From Phoronis australis (Eukaryota; Animalia; Phoronida), in NCBI GenBank assembly GCA_002633005.1, contig NMRA01000007.1, positions 2,029,642-2,093,641 of the forward strand: 64,000 nucleotides of DNA. Reading direction: 5' to 3'. This document shows, in pieces, positions 21,791 to 44,479 of this stretch; the first letter of the stretch is position 1, and the number at the start of each line of letters is the position of its first letter. The notes under the pieces are model-generated. The model was not told where the DNA came from. It searched no databases and saw only the letters and a program-made list of their open reading frames with translations. Position numbers and translations under genes: made by a program.

Positions 21791-21952
21791 CAGAAGCGGA
21801 TTTAGAGGGTGGCCAAGGGGGCCATTACTCCCCCTAAAACTCTCCCAGATTCCATTTGGCAATTGGGGGGTGTGAATGTCTGACGGGCAAAATTCTGTCT
21901 AATACTCTGCCCTTCCCCATTCCCCTAACTAAAAACCCTGGATCCGCCTCTG
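21791..21952 (-). mobile_element. MITE, inverted sibling of 21024-21166
   Basis: cagaagcggatttagagggtggccaagggggcc...cctggatccgcctctg; internal gacgggcaaaat is the reverse complement of attttgcccgtc in the other copy; flanks atcga/attga. Confidence 0.75.
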
Positions 21953-22497
21953 ATTGACACGGTTGTTTCGTTGTCAATGTGACATACCTTCCTTTTTGCT
22001 AAACTTTACACGTGACTCACTTAACGTCAGGTTGGTAGTAAGTCAAAAATCAAATTCTAAACGCTTTCTCCTTTCAGATAATATGTACTTTTACTGAGTT
22101 AACCACAGTTTAAATAGATATATAATTACACAGGGTCTTACGAACTGTTTTCCCCTACTCCCCGTGCACTTATTTCGGGACATACGTCGGTGAACGAGTG
22201 GTACTCATTAATGACAAAAAACATTTAAAACATAAATGATAAGTGTCCCTTTGTGGATTCCTGTTGCTAGAAAAGGCGTATTGAACTCCCAGAGTGGCCG
22301 CTTTTGTTGGGAATCAACTCGGAAGAGGCACTGATTTTGCTTTGGGGACAACGTAGTCAACAGAAAACTAAGGCTTCTTAATTTGTAGTGAACCTGGTCG
22401 TGAAAGGCACCGATGTGAGCGACACGTCCAGCATAATTATGCTACAGGAGATGACCCGGCCAAACGGCAATGCGACGACGTGATGGTTAGCCTTGTA

Positions 22498-22576
22498 CAT
22501 GGGCGGCGCAGCACTGAAAATGTGGGGGGGAGGGGCGCTAAAGCCCCCTCAGCCCCCCTGTGGTGCACCGCCTATA
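22498..22576. mobile_element. Small GC-rich MITE
   Basis: catgggcggcgcagca...tggtgcaccgcctata inverted ends; a degenerate second copy follows immediately. Confidence 0.5.
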
Positions 22577-23564
22577 GGCCTAGGCCTAGACCATGTGCAG
22601 CGTATCACTGAAAAGTGGGGCTATAGCATCCCCAGCCTCCTATGGGTGCGCTGACCATGTATGATAATACACCTATGTTATTTTTACTATTCAGAATTTG
22701 TTGAACTTGAACGTTCGAAGTTCGGCGGCGCACAAACCGGGGTAATGGGCCTTTTAACGACAATAGTTTATCTTAAATTAGAAACACATCGACATATGTA
22801 GCCTATAGCTGAATTTTCAGACATTTGGTGTGTTATAAAAACTTCCTGAGGCCGGTGTAAACGTGTCAGTGAAGAGGGCCGACTGCTGGGGGGTGCCTAA
22901 TTTCCAAAGTTGCCCTCACATCGCAAGTGGCAATTCAGCCTTAGTATAAACATAGACATTTCAGTAGCAAGTACTTGCGGCCATTGAATCCAGTGCCGAT
23001 ATTTATGGCAGATGCTGCACTCGTAAAAGTCTAAACTTATTGTGGTAACCAAGATCAAAATGTTAGATCTTGTCGAATTTACTTCGCGCACATACACGTT
23101 ACGTCCTAATTTTCACTTAAGAAAACAGAAGCAGACAGTCTCCGTGTAAGTGCTGACTTTGTTACTTATGTCTTCACGGTAGTGTTGCTGTATGCAAGAA
23201 GAAAAAATCGTCCTTATAGCTAACTTAAACACCGAGAAGACGTTGTTCATAAGAATATAGGCTAGTTTCGTTTCGAATCTGTTGTCAAAAAATCCATGGT
23301 AGTCCTCCCGGATCAGTTGCCGATGAACTGGCTTTGGTTGGCGCGTTGTTAAATGCTTATGTTTCAGTAATGTTTCGTGGTGCTCTAAGCAACGCCTGGC
23401 ACTGTTGAAATAACTGCTTCAAAGAATTTTAAATGTTCAACTTATGTATCCTTTTTAGAATTTAACTTTTACAAGATTGCTCTGTTTTGCCTGCTGCAGC
23501 CGGTCCCACCCGTGTCCCGGCGTGGGTCGATGTTCATCACTGAGCTTGTCACTCCGGTGTTGTA

Positions 23565-23589
23565 TGACGTCATCCGTAGGTTGTTGAAA

Positions 23590-23596
<7 letters not shown>
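23565..23596 (+). promoter_or_regulatory. Full CRE palindrome TGACGTCA and YY1-like AAAATGGCGG overlapping the PP1 start codon
   Basis: TGACGTCA at 23565-23572; AAAATGGCGG at 23587-23596. Confidence 0.4.
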
Positions 23597-34665
<11,069 letters not shown>

Positions 34666-37600
34666 AACATTTCAGTTCCACTGACCACTGTTACCGAGAC
34701 TGAACCAGTTCCATCCCAGTTTTGATGTTTGTTAAAAACATGATACGTGCAGCAATTGTGCTTATATCGCGAAGTGTTGCGAGAAAAGTCCGCCAGCACA
34801 TATAGTCAGAACATTAGTTTTGTCAATGGCTGCCTCCAATCTAATGTAGTAGTCATTTGCTGTGACAACTTTGTTTATCTGTAATATCTCTACAGTGCAC
34901 TTCCTATTATTAGCATTGCGTTCTTATATCAGTCCTAGTTTCATAACGGTGCTAGCTCCTTTGCTTATCCCAATTCTTTTGCTTTAGAGCAAATGTTAAC
35001 AAAGCAATATGGTAATTGTGTGGATCAGAACCTTGTACAGATTTGTATGCATTCTATACAACTGCTTTTGTATATATGTTATTTAATTATTGTGTTAGGC
35101 TTGTAGTATAATTGATTTAATAGGACTAGTTGTAACAAGGGGGAATTTTCACTTTGCTAGACAGTTTTTTTTGAGCTGTTATTGATTGACCGAGTTGCTA
35201 CGAATAACGCAGATTATGGTCAATTAATTTTTATTCAAATACGTTGTTAAAAATGAATGGCGCCATTTTACAGCTTTGTTGGGAGCAAGTTTCTCTGGCA
35301 ACTGCTTTCTTCGTCGTGGTGCTGGCATTACTGGATTTCCTCATTTGTTTCACCCCGACCATGTTTTGATTCATGCATGAAAAATTTCACTCAATCAGAA
35401 TGTGAATGATGGAGATAAAATTATTGCCCGTCACCAGTTGACTATAAACCAGCCTTCCAGCAAAGAACCCGACTTTTGATTCAGACCACGTTCCATTATG
35501 AAATTGAGCTCTGATTGACCTATCACAAGCTCCGCCCCTTGCCCCCAACAAACAAATTTTACCCGACAATGTGTTGTTTGTTAGGTAAAATGGCGGCTTG
35601 GAAACGAAGGTGTCAAGAATTTTGCGTTCATATTGGTCAGTTAAACCACCACTCAAAATTCTGGCCATAGGTCAACTGAAATAGGTATTTCTGGTCTTAG
35701 AAGGAACTCAGTAAGTTCATTATTGGTAGGGATCAGAGTCTACAAGTGAACTTTTCACAATGCGTTATTCATTGCAATAACAAACAGCTCTTAGCGAGGT
35801 CAAAAATCAAGGAACAAGTTGAAACCACTTTCATAGCAGGAAGTGGTATGAATCAAAAGTTAAGCTTCTCCACGGAACATGGGTTGATAACCACCTTGAT
35901 TGTAATCAGCTTGGCAGAAGTTGATCATGTTTTGAATTTTTTTTGGAGTTTTCAAATTTGGCAGTAAAATTTAATTGCTTCATTTTGATAATTTTACATT
36001 TTCACTTGTTGCTAGTTGATTTTGTTAAGACTGTGTGGTCATTTTCCGAGTGCCATAATGCTAAACAAGCATGAACCATAGCCAAGGGCAGTTAGCAACT
36101 TAAAGAATTTGTTCACTTCAGGAAGCAGGCCTTGTTACATGGTATTTTGCAATGCATTTTGTCAGACAGAGTGGAAGATGCTTTGATTACACTCAAGTTT
36201 TTATTACTACAGTGAAACTTCTGTTAAATGGTAAAACCTTAGTAGGTTAGGACACAATATAGGAAAAAAGTGAAATTTCACTTCCTAATTTTTTGTGAAA
36301 GATGTCTAGCAAAAAATAATTTTTGTCAGAGATTGGTGAGATTTTGTTGTAGTTTGTATTGTCGGAAGCCATCATAAAGTAAATTTTCGTTTAGCGTAAA
36401 ACTATGCTGAAGACACTGCTGATCTGGTGTTGTAACTGAATTCTTGTCATCAGTGGAATTCATATTTAAGTCTGGCTTAAATTAGTGTCACTAGAATAAG
36501 TAGTTACTAGGATTACTTGCTACACACTGTTTGCTACTAGTTCTAACTATTGCTAGTGCATGGTTGACAGTGATCTTCACCTTTGTATAATCTAGAATTA
36601 GTTTTTGTACTAAGTTTTCAGCAACATATGACCGGTCTACTTGCGTTAAGGTTGTGAACTTTTGACTCATTTATGATATTGGGTAAACAACTAAAGGGAT
36701 TTTTATGAACTTCTTGGACACAAGCCTTTCGAAGCACCCCACTCGTTAATAGAACTTAACCATGTCTAACACTTGTCCATGTACATCATACTAAAAGTCA
36801 TTGATTTGATTAAAACTCCTTTAATAACTAAAGGTTCTTGTTTTCTTCATCTATCCATGCAACAGTTTCTCCCAGTGTTTTATGGTGATTAGGAAATGAG
36901 ACGAATATTTTAAAACAATTTAATTTTGTTAAAACATGTAAAATACAAGAACAGCAGACCCCCAACTTTTGACTTAGGCAACTTACTGTAATGAGATACG
37001 AGTCTCAAATAGTCACTTAGTCAACTTGGAGGTGATTTTGAGGCTTCAAAAGAACTGACGGTTGAGATCTGGCTTAAGTTGCCTTGTTGTGGCATGTCAT
37101 TTTATGCACAGAGCATGCTCTCCAAAAATAATGACCTGTCAGTTCTTTACATATCCAGGAATCATTTCTCATCTCAGTAAGGAACAAGTTGAAACCAATT
37201 TCACAGCAGTAAGTGGTCTAAATCCAAAATTGCTTCTTATTTTGCAACAATACATTTTTTCATGTTAAGATTTATAAGACGGGAGACTAAGAGTAATTTA
37301 AATCCTGATATTCTATTCAACACTCGGTGCTGTTGGTCAAGCTTGGATTTAAGTTTGAGAGAAGAGAAGGTTGGGTGACTTGAAGTTTTGACCAAATTCT
37401 TATATTGGATGAATTTTCTTTTACTTCTTGCCAAGACGACCACCAAGACAAAAATACATTCCACTCCAACAATCGAGTATACAATACAGCAATATCTGGA
37501 TACAAAATATCCAACATTTATATATTCCAGTATTTTTGACACTGATGTGCCTCATAAAGAATGAACATACGTGCCAACAGTGGTAACACCGGACCTTATC

Positions 37601-39143
37601 TCACCTTATTTAGCGGAGCACATTGCACAATTATACACATAAACATGACGCACACAACTGGTGAGTAACAATGACATCTGAGTAGATGACAAACAGAACA
37701 CACGTACATACACTGGCACAACCTTCCGCACTAGCAAAGAGTAGGGTAAGTCACTTTCTATAACTGATGAGCAGTGCAACTTAACCATATACACATTTGA
37801 ACTGTACACTAAAATCTCACCAACTGAGAAAACAACATGGCCGACAAGTGAAGCTGTTATTGACAAGTGAAGCTGTTATCTCGTTTTCTCCATGGAATAC
37901 ACAACACACCAAATTAATGGTTTCCATATCCATGACTACCACCTGACAATACGTTGGAAAAACGTGGGCATTCATAACAATACCACAACCACTTGAGAGC
38001 TTAAGAAATGCCAATTGTAACAATTATTTTTGTCCAAAATTGGTGAGAATTTATATTACAATGAGGTTGAACAACAAACAAGGTTATCAACAGAAGCACA
38101 ATTCTCGCTTCAGTCTCCACTTTATAAACCCAAAAAAGTTGAGCACGAGTCCCACAAGCGTCATACACAGAGTGTTCAGACAGCTTTTTGTGAAGTTGCG
38201 TTGTAAAGTTATACTGAATGTTGTGCTCACACTCTTTAATTGGGATTTACTTTTGAATCTTCGACAACTACATTGTGATCTCTGAACCTGTGGTTCTTAA
38301 AAATCAAATCAAACAATTACTTTCGCTTAATAGTGATCACATTCTGTCGCAGAGAGATTCCAGTGAAATGTTAATTAACATTGTGCAGTTACTTTAGTGA
38401 CAAAACAGCATCATCTATAGTCATTGTAAAGTTCTCAAATAGTGAACACTCCCTATACTTATGATACCTGGACTCTGTTGGGCTGCAAAATGCAACTGAA
38501 CTCAGCAAAATCTCACCAATTTCAGACAAAAAGTATTACAAGAACTGCTTTTTTTCAATGTTCGTATGTGTCCAACATATTTGTCCGACGGTACCTCTGG
38601 TATAGATATTATTTGGTGCAACTTTATCTTTGAACAAAAATTCACTTGTCGACCATAATGTGTGCTAAACTGGCGAGATTTTACCGTAATTGCATAACAA
38701 GCACTAAATGTATTCATAATAACTCCAGTGTATACCTATGCCACGGTAAATGAATCAGCGTGCAATAAGACAACACATTCATTAATTCACCCCTTCACTC
38801 ATTACTTCACCCATCCATCCATTCATTCACCATAACAGCAAGTCACTTAGGTGAACAACGATGACAAAAATAACAAAATGAATCAACCAACGGATGACAT
38901 TAGTGCATGGGAGACTCGTGTCAGACGGACAGCTTTGCCTCTGCCTTATGAGGATTTGACCAATCAGAACATGATAGACAAGTTTACATTTGGTTCTTCT
39001 TATTATTTGTGCCTTTAAGTCATTTTGCCAACAGCATAATATTGATTATGTGACTTCCTCCTCACATTGGGCCCAAGGCAATGGCGAAGTTGAGACAAAT
39101 GTCAAAGTTGTAAAAAAATAGTCGGATAGATCATGCCCGAACT

Positions 39144-39265
39144 TTCAGTAACGCTAGGACCTTTTAAAATCTAGAAAAAATCATGCATTCTTATTTGAAA
39201 TAAATGTCAATATCTCATGTAATCTCGCAGTCTTGGTTGTTAGCGAGGTCCTAGGGTTACTGAAC
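39144..39265. mobile_element. About 120-bp MITE; sibling at 60190-60319 in the opposite orientation
   Basis: TIR ttcagtaacgctaggacc / ggtcctagggttactgaa; a partial end also at about 39789. Confidence 0.75.
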
Positions 39266-39599
39266 TCTACCTCGTTTTCTGTACTGGACGGGAATCAAGT
39301 CAACGGGTCTCAGAATGTAATCAAAACATGCCCCACTATTGCTGTAGATGGTTTGCATTACTGACTTTCTATATAACTGCTGCAGAGTCATATAACTTCC
39401 ATTTATCTCCAGGTCATAATATGGATCACGCAGAGAGGGCAATATGAACTGGCTGTTAAGTTTATGAGTAAGCTGCAAAGGGAACTGTGCGGAGCGTTCG
39501 GCCATGTTTGTACAATAGCCACGTTTATTTTCTAATCGAACATTAACACTGGCTGTGTTGTGAATTGAACAGGGAAGCGCTGTAGAATGCACCACAACA

Positions 39600-40070
39600 C
39601 CCTAGTCACTATGTCAAGCCCATCCTTGAGAGACAATGGTGTTGCGCAACTGCTAGACTGACATCACTGTGCCAGCAAGTCTCGCTCAACTATATGCGTA
39701 AATGCATCAACAAGTAGACTAAACGTCATGATCACATATGTTCTTTGTAAAGGAACTAATCATGCCCAAATTTTGAGAACCTGGGTCAGGTTCAGTAACG
39801 CTAGAGCCTATGCTAGAACCTCGGTAAAATGGCTCACACTGAGAGGTCAATGTCAACCGGTTGTGCGGTAGACTAACACTGTAAGTAAGAAGTGTAGAAT
39901 ATACCGCAAATTCCTAGTCACTATGTCAAGCCCAACTCTGAGAGACAACAGTGTTGCGTGTGTACTAGAGTGATGTCACTGTGCCAGTAAGTCTCGCTCA
40001 ACAATATGTGTAAATGCATTAACAAGTGGACTAAAAGTCATGTTCACATATTTTTTAGTAAAGAGACAAA
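39600..40070 (+). repeat. Direct repeat of about 160 bp (39600-39760 and 39912-40070)
   Basis: cctagtcactatgtcaagccca...cactgtgccag(c/t)aagtctcgctcaac occurs twice. Confidence 0.8.
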
Positions 40071-40170
40071 TAACTTCCAGAAAAAAGATAGTTAGGATTT
40101 TTCTGGATTGCCATTTTGTAACAAGTGGTCACATGGGTATCAATAATACTTTAATTAAGAATTGAAGATC

Positions 40171-41000
40171 ACCTGGGTGAATGATATCATCCGTCCTCCC
40201 TATACCGAGCTTCGTCCATGCCTGCTGGATTTAGATGGTCACCTAACTGAGAGCGCTCAAGGTACTATGCCCAAGAAAAAGGTCAAGCCGGCATGCATTC
40301 CTGCAGGCTGTACCTCAAAAATTTAACCCCTTGATGTTGCCGTGAACAGGACACTGAATAAAGGGTAGGTTCCCTCAACACTGCTTATGCTTTGAAAGTA
40401 ACTGCCTTCAAACAAATAAGTGTTACAAAACCAAGTAATGGCACAAACACTGCGTGATATTTCATATGATATCAAACACATGATCATGAAGATTGAATGA
40501 AACGACTATTACTGCGGCTATATATTTATACACGATTAGATTTTTTTATTCTTTTGTAGCATTTAAATTATGTTGTGGGGAGTTTTTAGGTTAGCCTGTG
40601 TTACACATTGTATCAGACCAGGTAATGCCATCCTAATTGTATCAACTGCATGTTTTTGTAGCTATTCAGATTATATCTCGTTAACACCTTTGTGAATATA
40701 ACTTTTTTCAGAGGACAAGCTAGGAGAGAAATGGAGAGAAGATGTGCGAGACCGAGTGCGCCCTCTCGTGGAAGCGGGCCAACGGACATCTTTGAAACCT
40801 GCAAGCCAGCAATTAGTCATTGACTGGCTTTACTGCTAGTGGGCGGCAGTCGATGCCTGCATCATGAAAAAGTCATTTATCGTCACCAGAATCTTACCCA
40901 CTATCAATCAGTCAGACCTGCCGACTCTACGATACATTATCGGATCAGACAATAGTGACTTGGAATTCCAGGGTTTCAGTCACTCTGAAGATTACTACTT
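40171..41000 (+). pseudogene. Decayed pogo/Tigger-type (DDE_1) transposase 3' half, apparently split by an intron
   Basis: TWVNDIIRP...GHLT...CIPAGCTSKI*PLDVAVNRTL (IPxGCTSxLQPLDVxVN motif) at 40171-40357. It resumes at 40712 with KDKLGEKW, then IMKKSFIVTRI and an acidic SDLEFQGFS tail. Confidence 0.75.
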
Positions 41001-43169
41001 CAGTGATTTGACTATTAAAGTTATGATTGAAATTTATTGTATGTATTGATTTTGAAATATTGCTCCTACAGTGGTTGTCGAAATTACTTTATTCCTAACA
41101 AGAAGATCAGCCAGCTCAGAGAGCCACCACTTCCCTTCCCCAGTGGCCCACTGTGGCTCATGACAAAGCCTTCCTAACAACACCTGTATAGTGAGCCAGC
41201 CAACTGCATAAATCAATTGTGCAGTATTATATAAGCATCAGCTAGGCCTTGGGAAGACGTCAGAATAGAATTTACATATATAACTATATATGCATCTATT
41301 AAAATTTTTTGTTCCATACTGAAAATTCTTGATTGAAATGATTATATACAGTTGTTAAACGGCGAAAATTGATGCACAACTTGCCGAGAAACAAACCTTG
41401 TCATCACTTAGCATTGAGGAATTAATACACACGTAAAACGGCTTGAACCATTTGTTCAGTTTTGTCAATAAACGCTTCAAATGAGGACATTGTCCATTCA
41501 GTACCCTTCATTCATATTCTATCAACACCGTTCTCTTGATAAACTTCCAAATTGAATTAAATTAAAAAAGGTTACTATGAGAACTATTTTCCTTGTGTAT
41601 CAATAACCGGGTAATCAACTTCAGTGTCGAGCACTTTCTTCCAGTGTCCGCCTATTTGTGACATGTGTTTTGCTGCCAATGAAAATGAAAAATAGACTTC
41701 AAGCTTTGGATGAAAACGACCATTGGGAGCCTGCTACAAGACCCCTGTAATTGACATTACACTCATTACTTTGACTTATCAGTTTATAAATCGGCTTATT
41801 TGTAAACCAAGAGTTTCATTAAAACATTTGATTATTTTTTGCACTTTGGTCAAACTCTTTGTTTTTATAATTCATGTATTCAAAATAATTATCATTATGA
41901 AGTATATTATTTATTTTTTGCCTCTTGTTTACTGTTCTATATGCTGATTAATGCCGAGTCCAAATCAATGACACCCACAAGCAATGCCGTATGAGCCATT
42001 TTATACCACCCATTCTAAGAAATTTTGTGTTTTTGCATTGATGTTCCAGCATTGATGCGTAAAGATTACATGACATGGTTATTTTTAAGTATTTCTTACA
42101 TGTTATGGTGGTTTAGATAAGTTCTTGTGTCTGTTAATACTGAAGGAGGCGTAGCGTCCTTAAGTTAAAACTCGTGCCAATTGGGAGGCACTTTTTTGAT
42201 ATCGTCTATGAACTGCATCTTGTATTTCTTTAGACTTAGGACTTAAAATTTTACTTAAATGCCTTAATTTCACGTCAGAGACAGTAATTAAAAGCAATTG
42301 ATTAGAGATGATGTCATCAATTTTGACGATAACCAAAGTGGCACTGTGTGGCTGGTGGACCGCTTTCTAGAAGTGGTAATTAAGCTGGATAGTAACGAAA
42401 TAAAAACGATACCTGCAAGTCATGTCATTTGTCCAGGTATGTTATACATTACTTGTTGCTGGGATTACTTTTGGGATTACTTGCAGACAATTTTTTACCA
42501 ACTCTTCCTCAATTATAGTAGTGTATAATGCTATTGTTTAAGGTCTGGGCAAAAAAATGGAAGTTTGTCATACGACCTGCTGTTTGGTAAGTGGAATTCG
42601 TAGTGGAAGCAGGTATTAACTGGCTGCAGAACTGCGTTATTCAACACCGTAAAAGTTGAAGTGCATTTACTGGAAAGCTGTCGATTGCGACAAAAACTGG
42701 TACGTATTTAAAACTTGATGCTGAATGAAAATAAAAGTGCTAAAACATACTTTAATTTCATTGCAAACAATTTTGATGGTGACATATTTTGATGGTTGGG
42801 AACCCTCTTTGTAAGTCGAAAACGCAAGTCCAGTTTTTTATTGGGAAACCACATTTAAAAGATGCTTATGGGGCGCTCTGTGCGTTGACATCATAAACTA
42901 GACATTTTTATTGAAAAAAAAAACACATTTTTAAAAAAGAACCATCAGTTGTCAGGAATATTTCATGTGCATTGACAACGCAAACTAGACATTTTCATTG
43001 AGAAAATGATCGCTCATTGAAATAATATACACCCACGACATTCGGATACATGCGGAAACCCAAATTTGAAGGTCCACCAAATTTGGATACCACAAAAATG
43101 TTTTTCAAGATTTGTCAAAGAATGAATTTTTTCTACTGGAATTGATTTCGAGCATCCGAAAATCTTGCG

Positions 43170-44340
43170 ACTAAGATTTCTTCCAGGTTCTAATGGCTTG
43201 GCATTACTGCGATGTTTTAAAGTGGATTTCACAGTGTGATGCTTGCCAACGCTTAGCCTAGGTCTTGACGATCGCTAAAGAGTTCAAACCGATTCAGCCT
43301 ATAGAAAATAGATGGTACTGATTTATGTATGTTCTGCACTACAGATTTGTGGTCAAAGTATGTAGCTGCTTATCCCATATCACAGAACACTGCTGATTGA
43401 GTGTTTCAAACTGTCAACCTACTTTGATGTATGGATCATCTAAGAAAGTACTCAGTATCAAAGTAGGGAGTTTTGTAATCAGGTTAATGATCAGCTGTTC
43501 TCTCTTTTTAGGGTGAAACATCTAATGACCTTGTCCTACCATCCGCAATCCTATGGTAAGAATTAATGCACCAACTAAACCCTGAAAAAGATGCTTCAAA
43601 CGAAGTCTAATGAGAGCAGAGATGACAGGGACGAAACATCCGGAAACCTCAATTGGCCACGAACACAGCCGTTCAAAGTGCCACGAGATACGTCAACCTT
43701 TTTTTCGCAAGTTTGGATTCTTTTCAGAGCTTGCTCACTGTGAAAGTGATGAAGTACAAGCTGAAACTATGGCAGTCCAAGTTTGGATGCCTTAGACAAA
43801 GTTGTTGATGCTCGCATAAAGATGATGGAGCAACTAAATTTACAAGTAGATGAGAACATCAGCAAGGCTCATGAAAGGCAACAGAAGCTGTATGGAAGTC
43901 CTGTCAAGAACATGAGAAGTTGGGGTGAAAGGGCTGGAAAGGTCCCTACACAATCACTGAACTTAATGAAAGTGCTGCTTCATTAGCTGACCTCAAGGGG
44001 AATAATCTCAAGAGGAAAGTCCCAGTCGTCCTGATGAAGCCTTACCTAAAGGGTGATATGTCTATGCTGACTGGTCCCAATGATGCATTTGAGAGGCAAA
44101 GTACCAGTGTAAGGTCTGACACCCCAGCACCACATTGCATTTTACTGTCACCCCTTCTGTGGCAGATGGTTCTAGCGCCACGCCCGAGTGTATCTGATGA
44201 CAGCGATAGCTACTCCTCTGACCAAGATGGTCCCAACAAAGCATCAAAGCCTGATCAACACAACCCTGAATCTGAGCCTAGACAATCCAACTAAATGGCT
44301 TTCCAAAAAGCGCGAGTCACGCCAAAGCCTGGTCGTTACG
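43170..44340 (+). pseudogene. Ginger/GIN (gypsy-like) integrase fossil, copy A, including the C-terminal part
   Basis: KISSRF*WLGIT..KWISQCDACQ (HHCC part), TTDLWSKYVAAYP, GREFCNQVNDQLF, SYHPQ, KAHERQQKLY, LKRKVPVVLMKPY, then a low-complexity tail; many frameshifts. Confidence 0.8.
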
Positions 44341-44479
44341 TCAGCTCATTTGCGGTAAACGTTCACCTACATGAAAAAAAATTGCCGGCGTTGACCCGAG
44401 TTTGTGAAAATTTCTACTTAATCCGTCCCCTGATGGGCTCCAATGTTGACCTGGAAATATGATTTTCCAAAGTTGCCTT

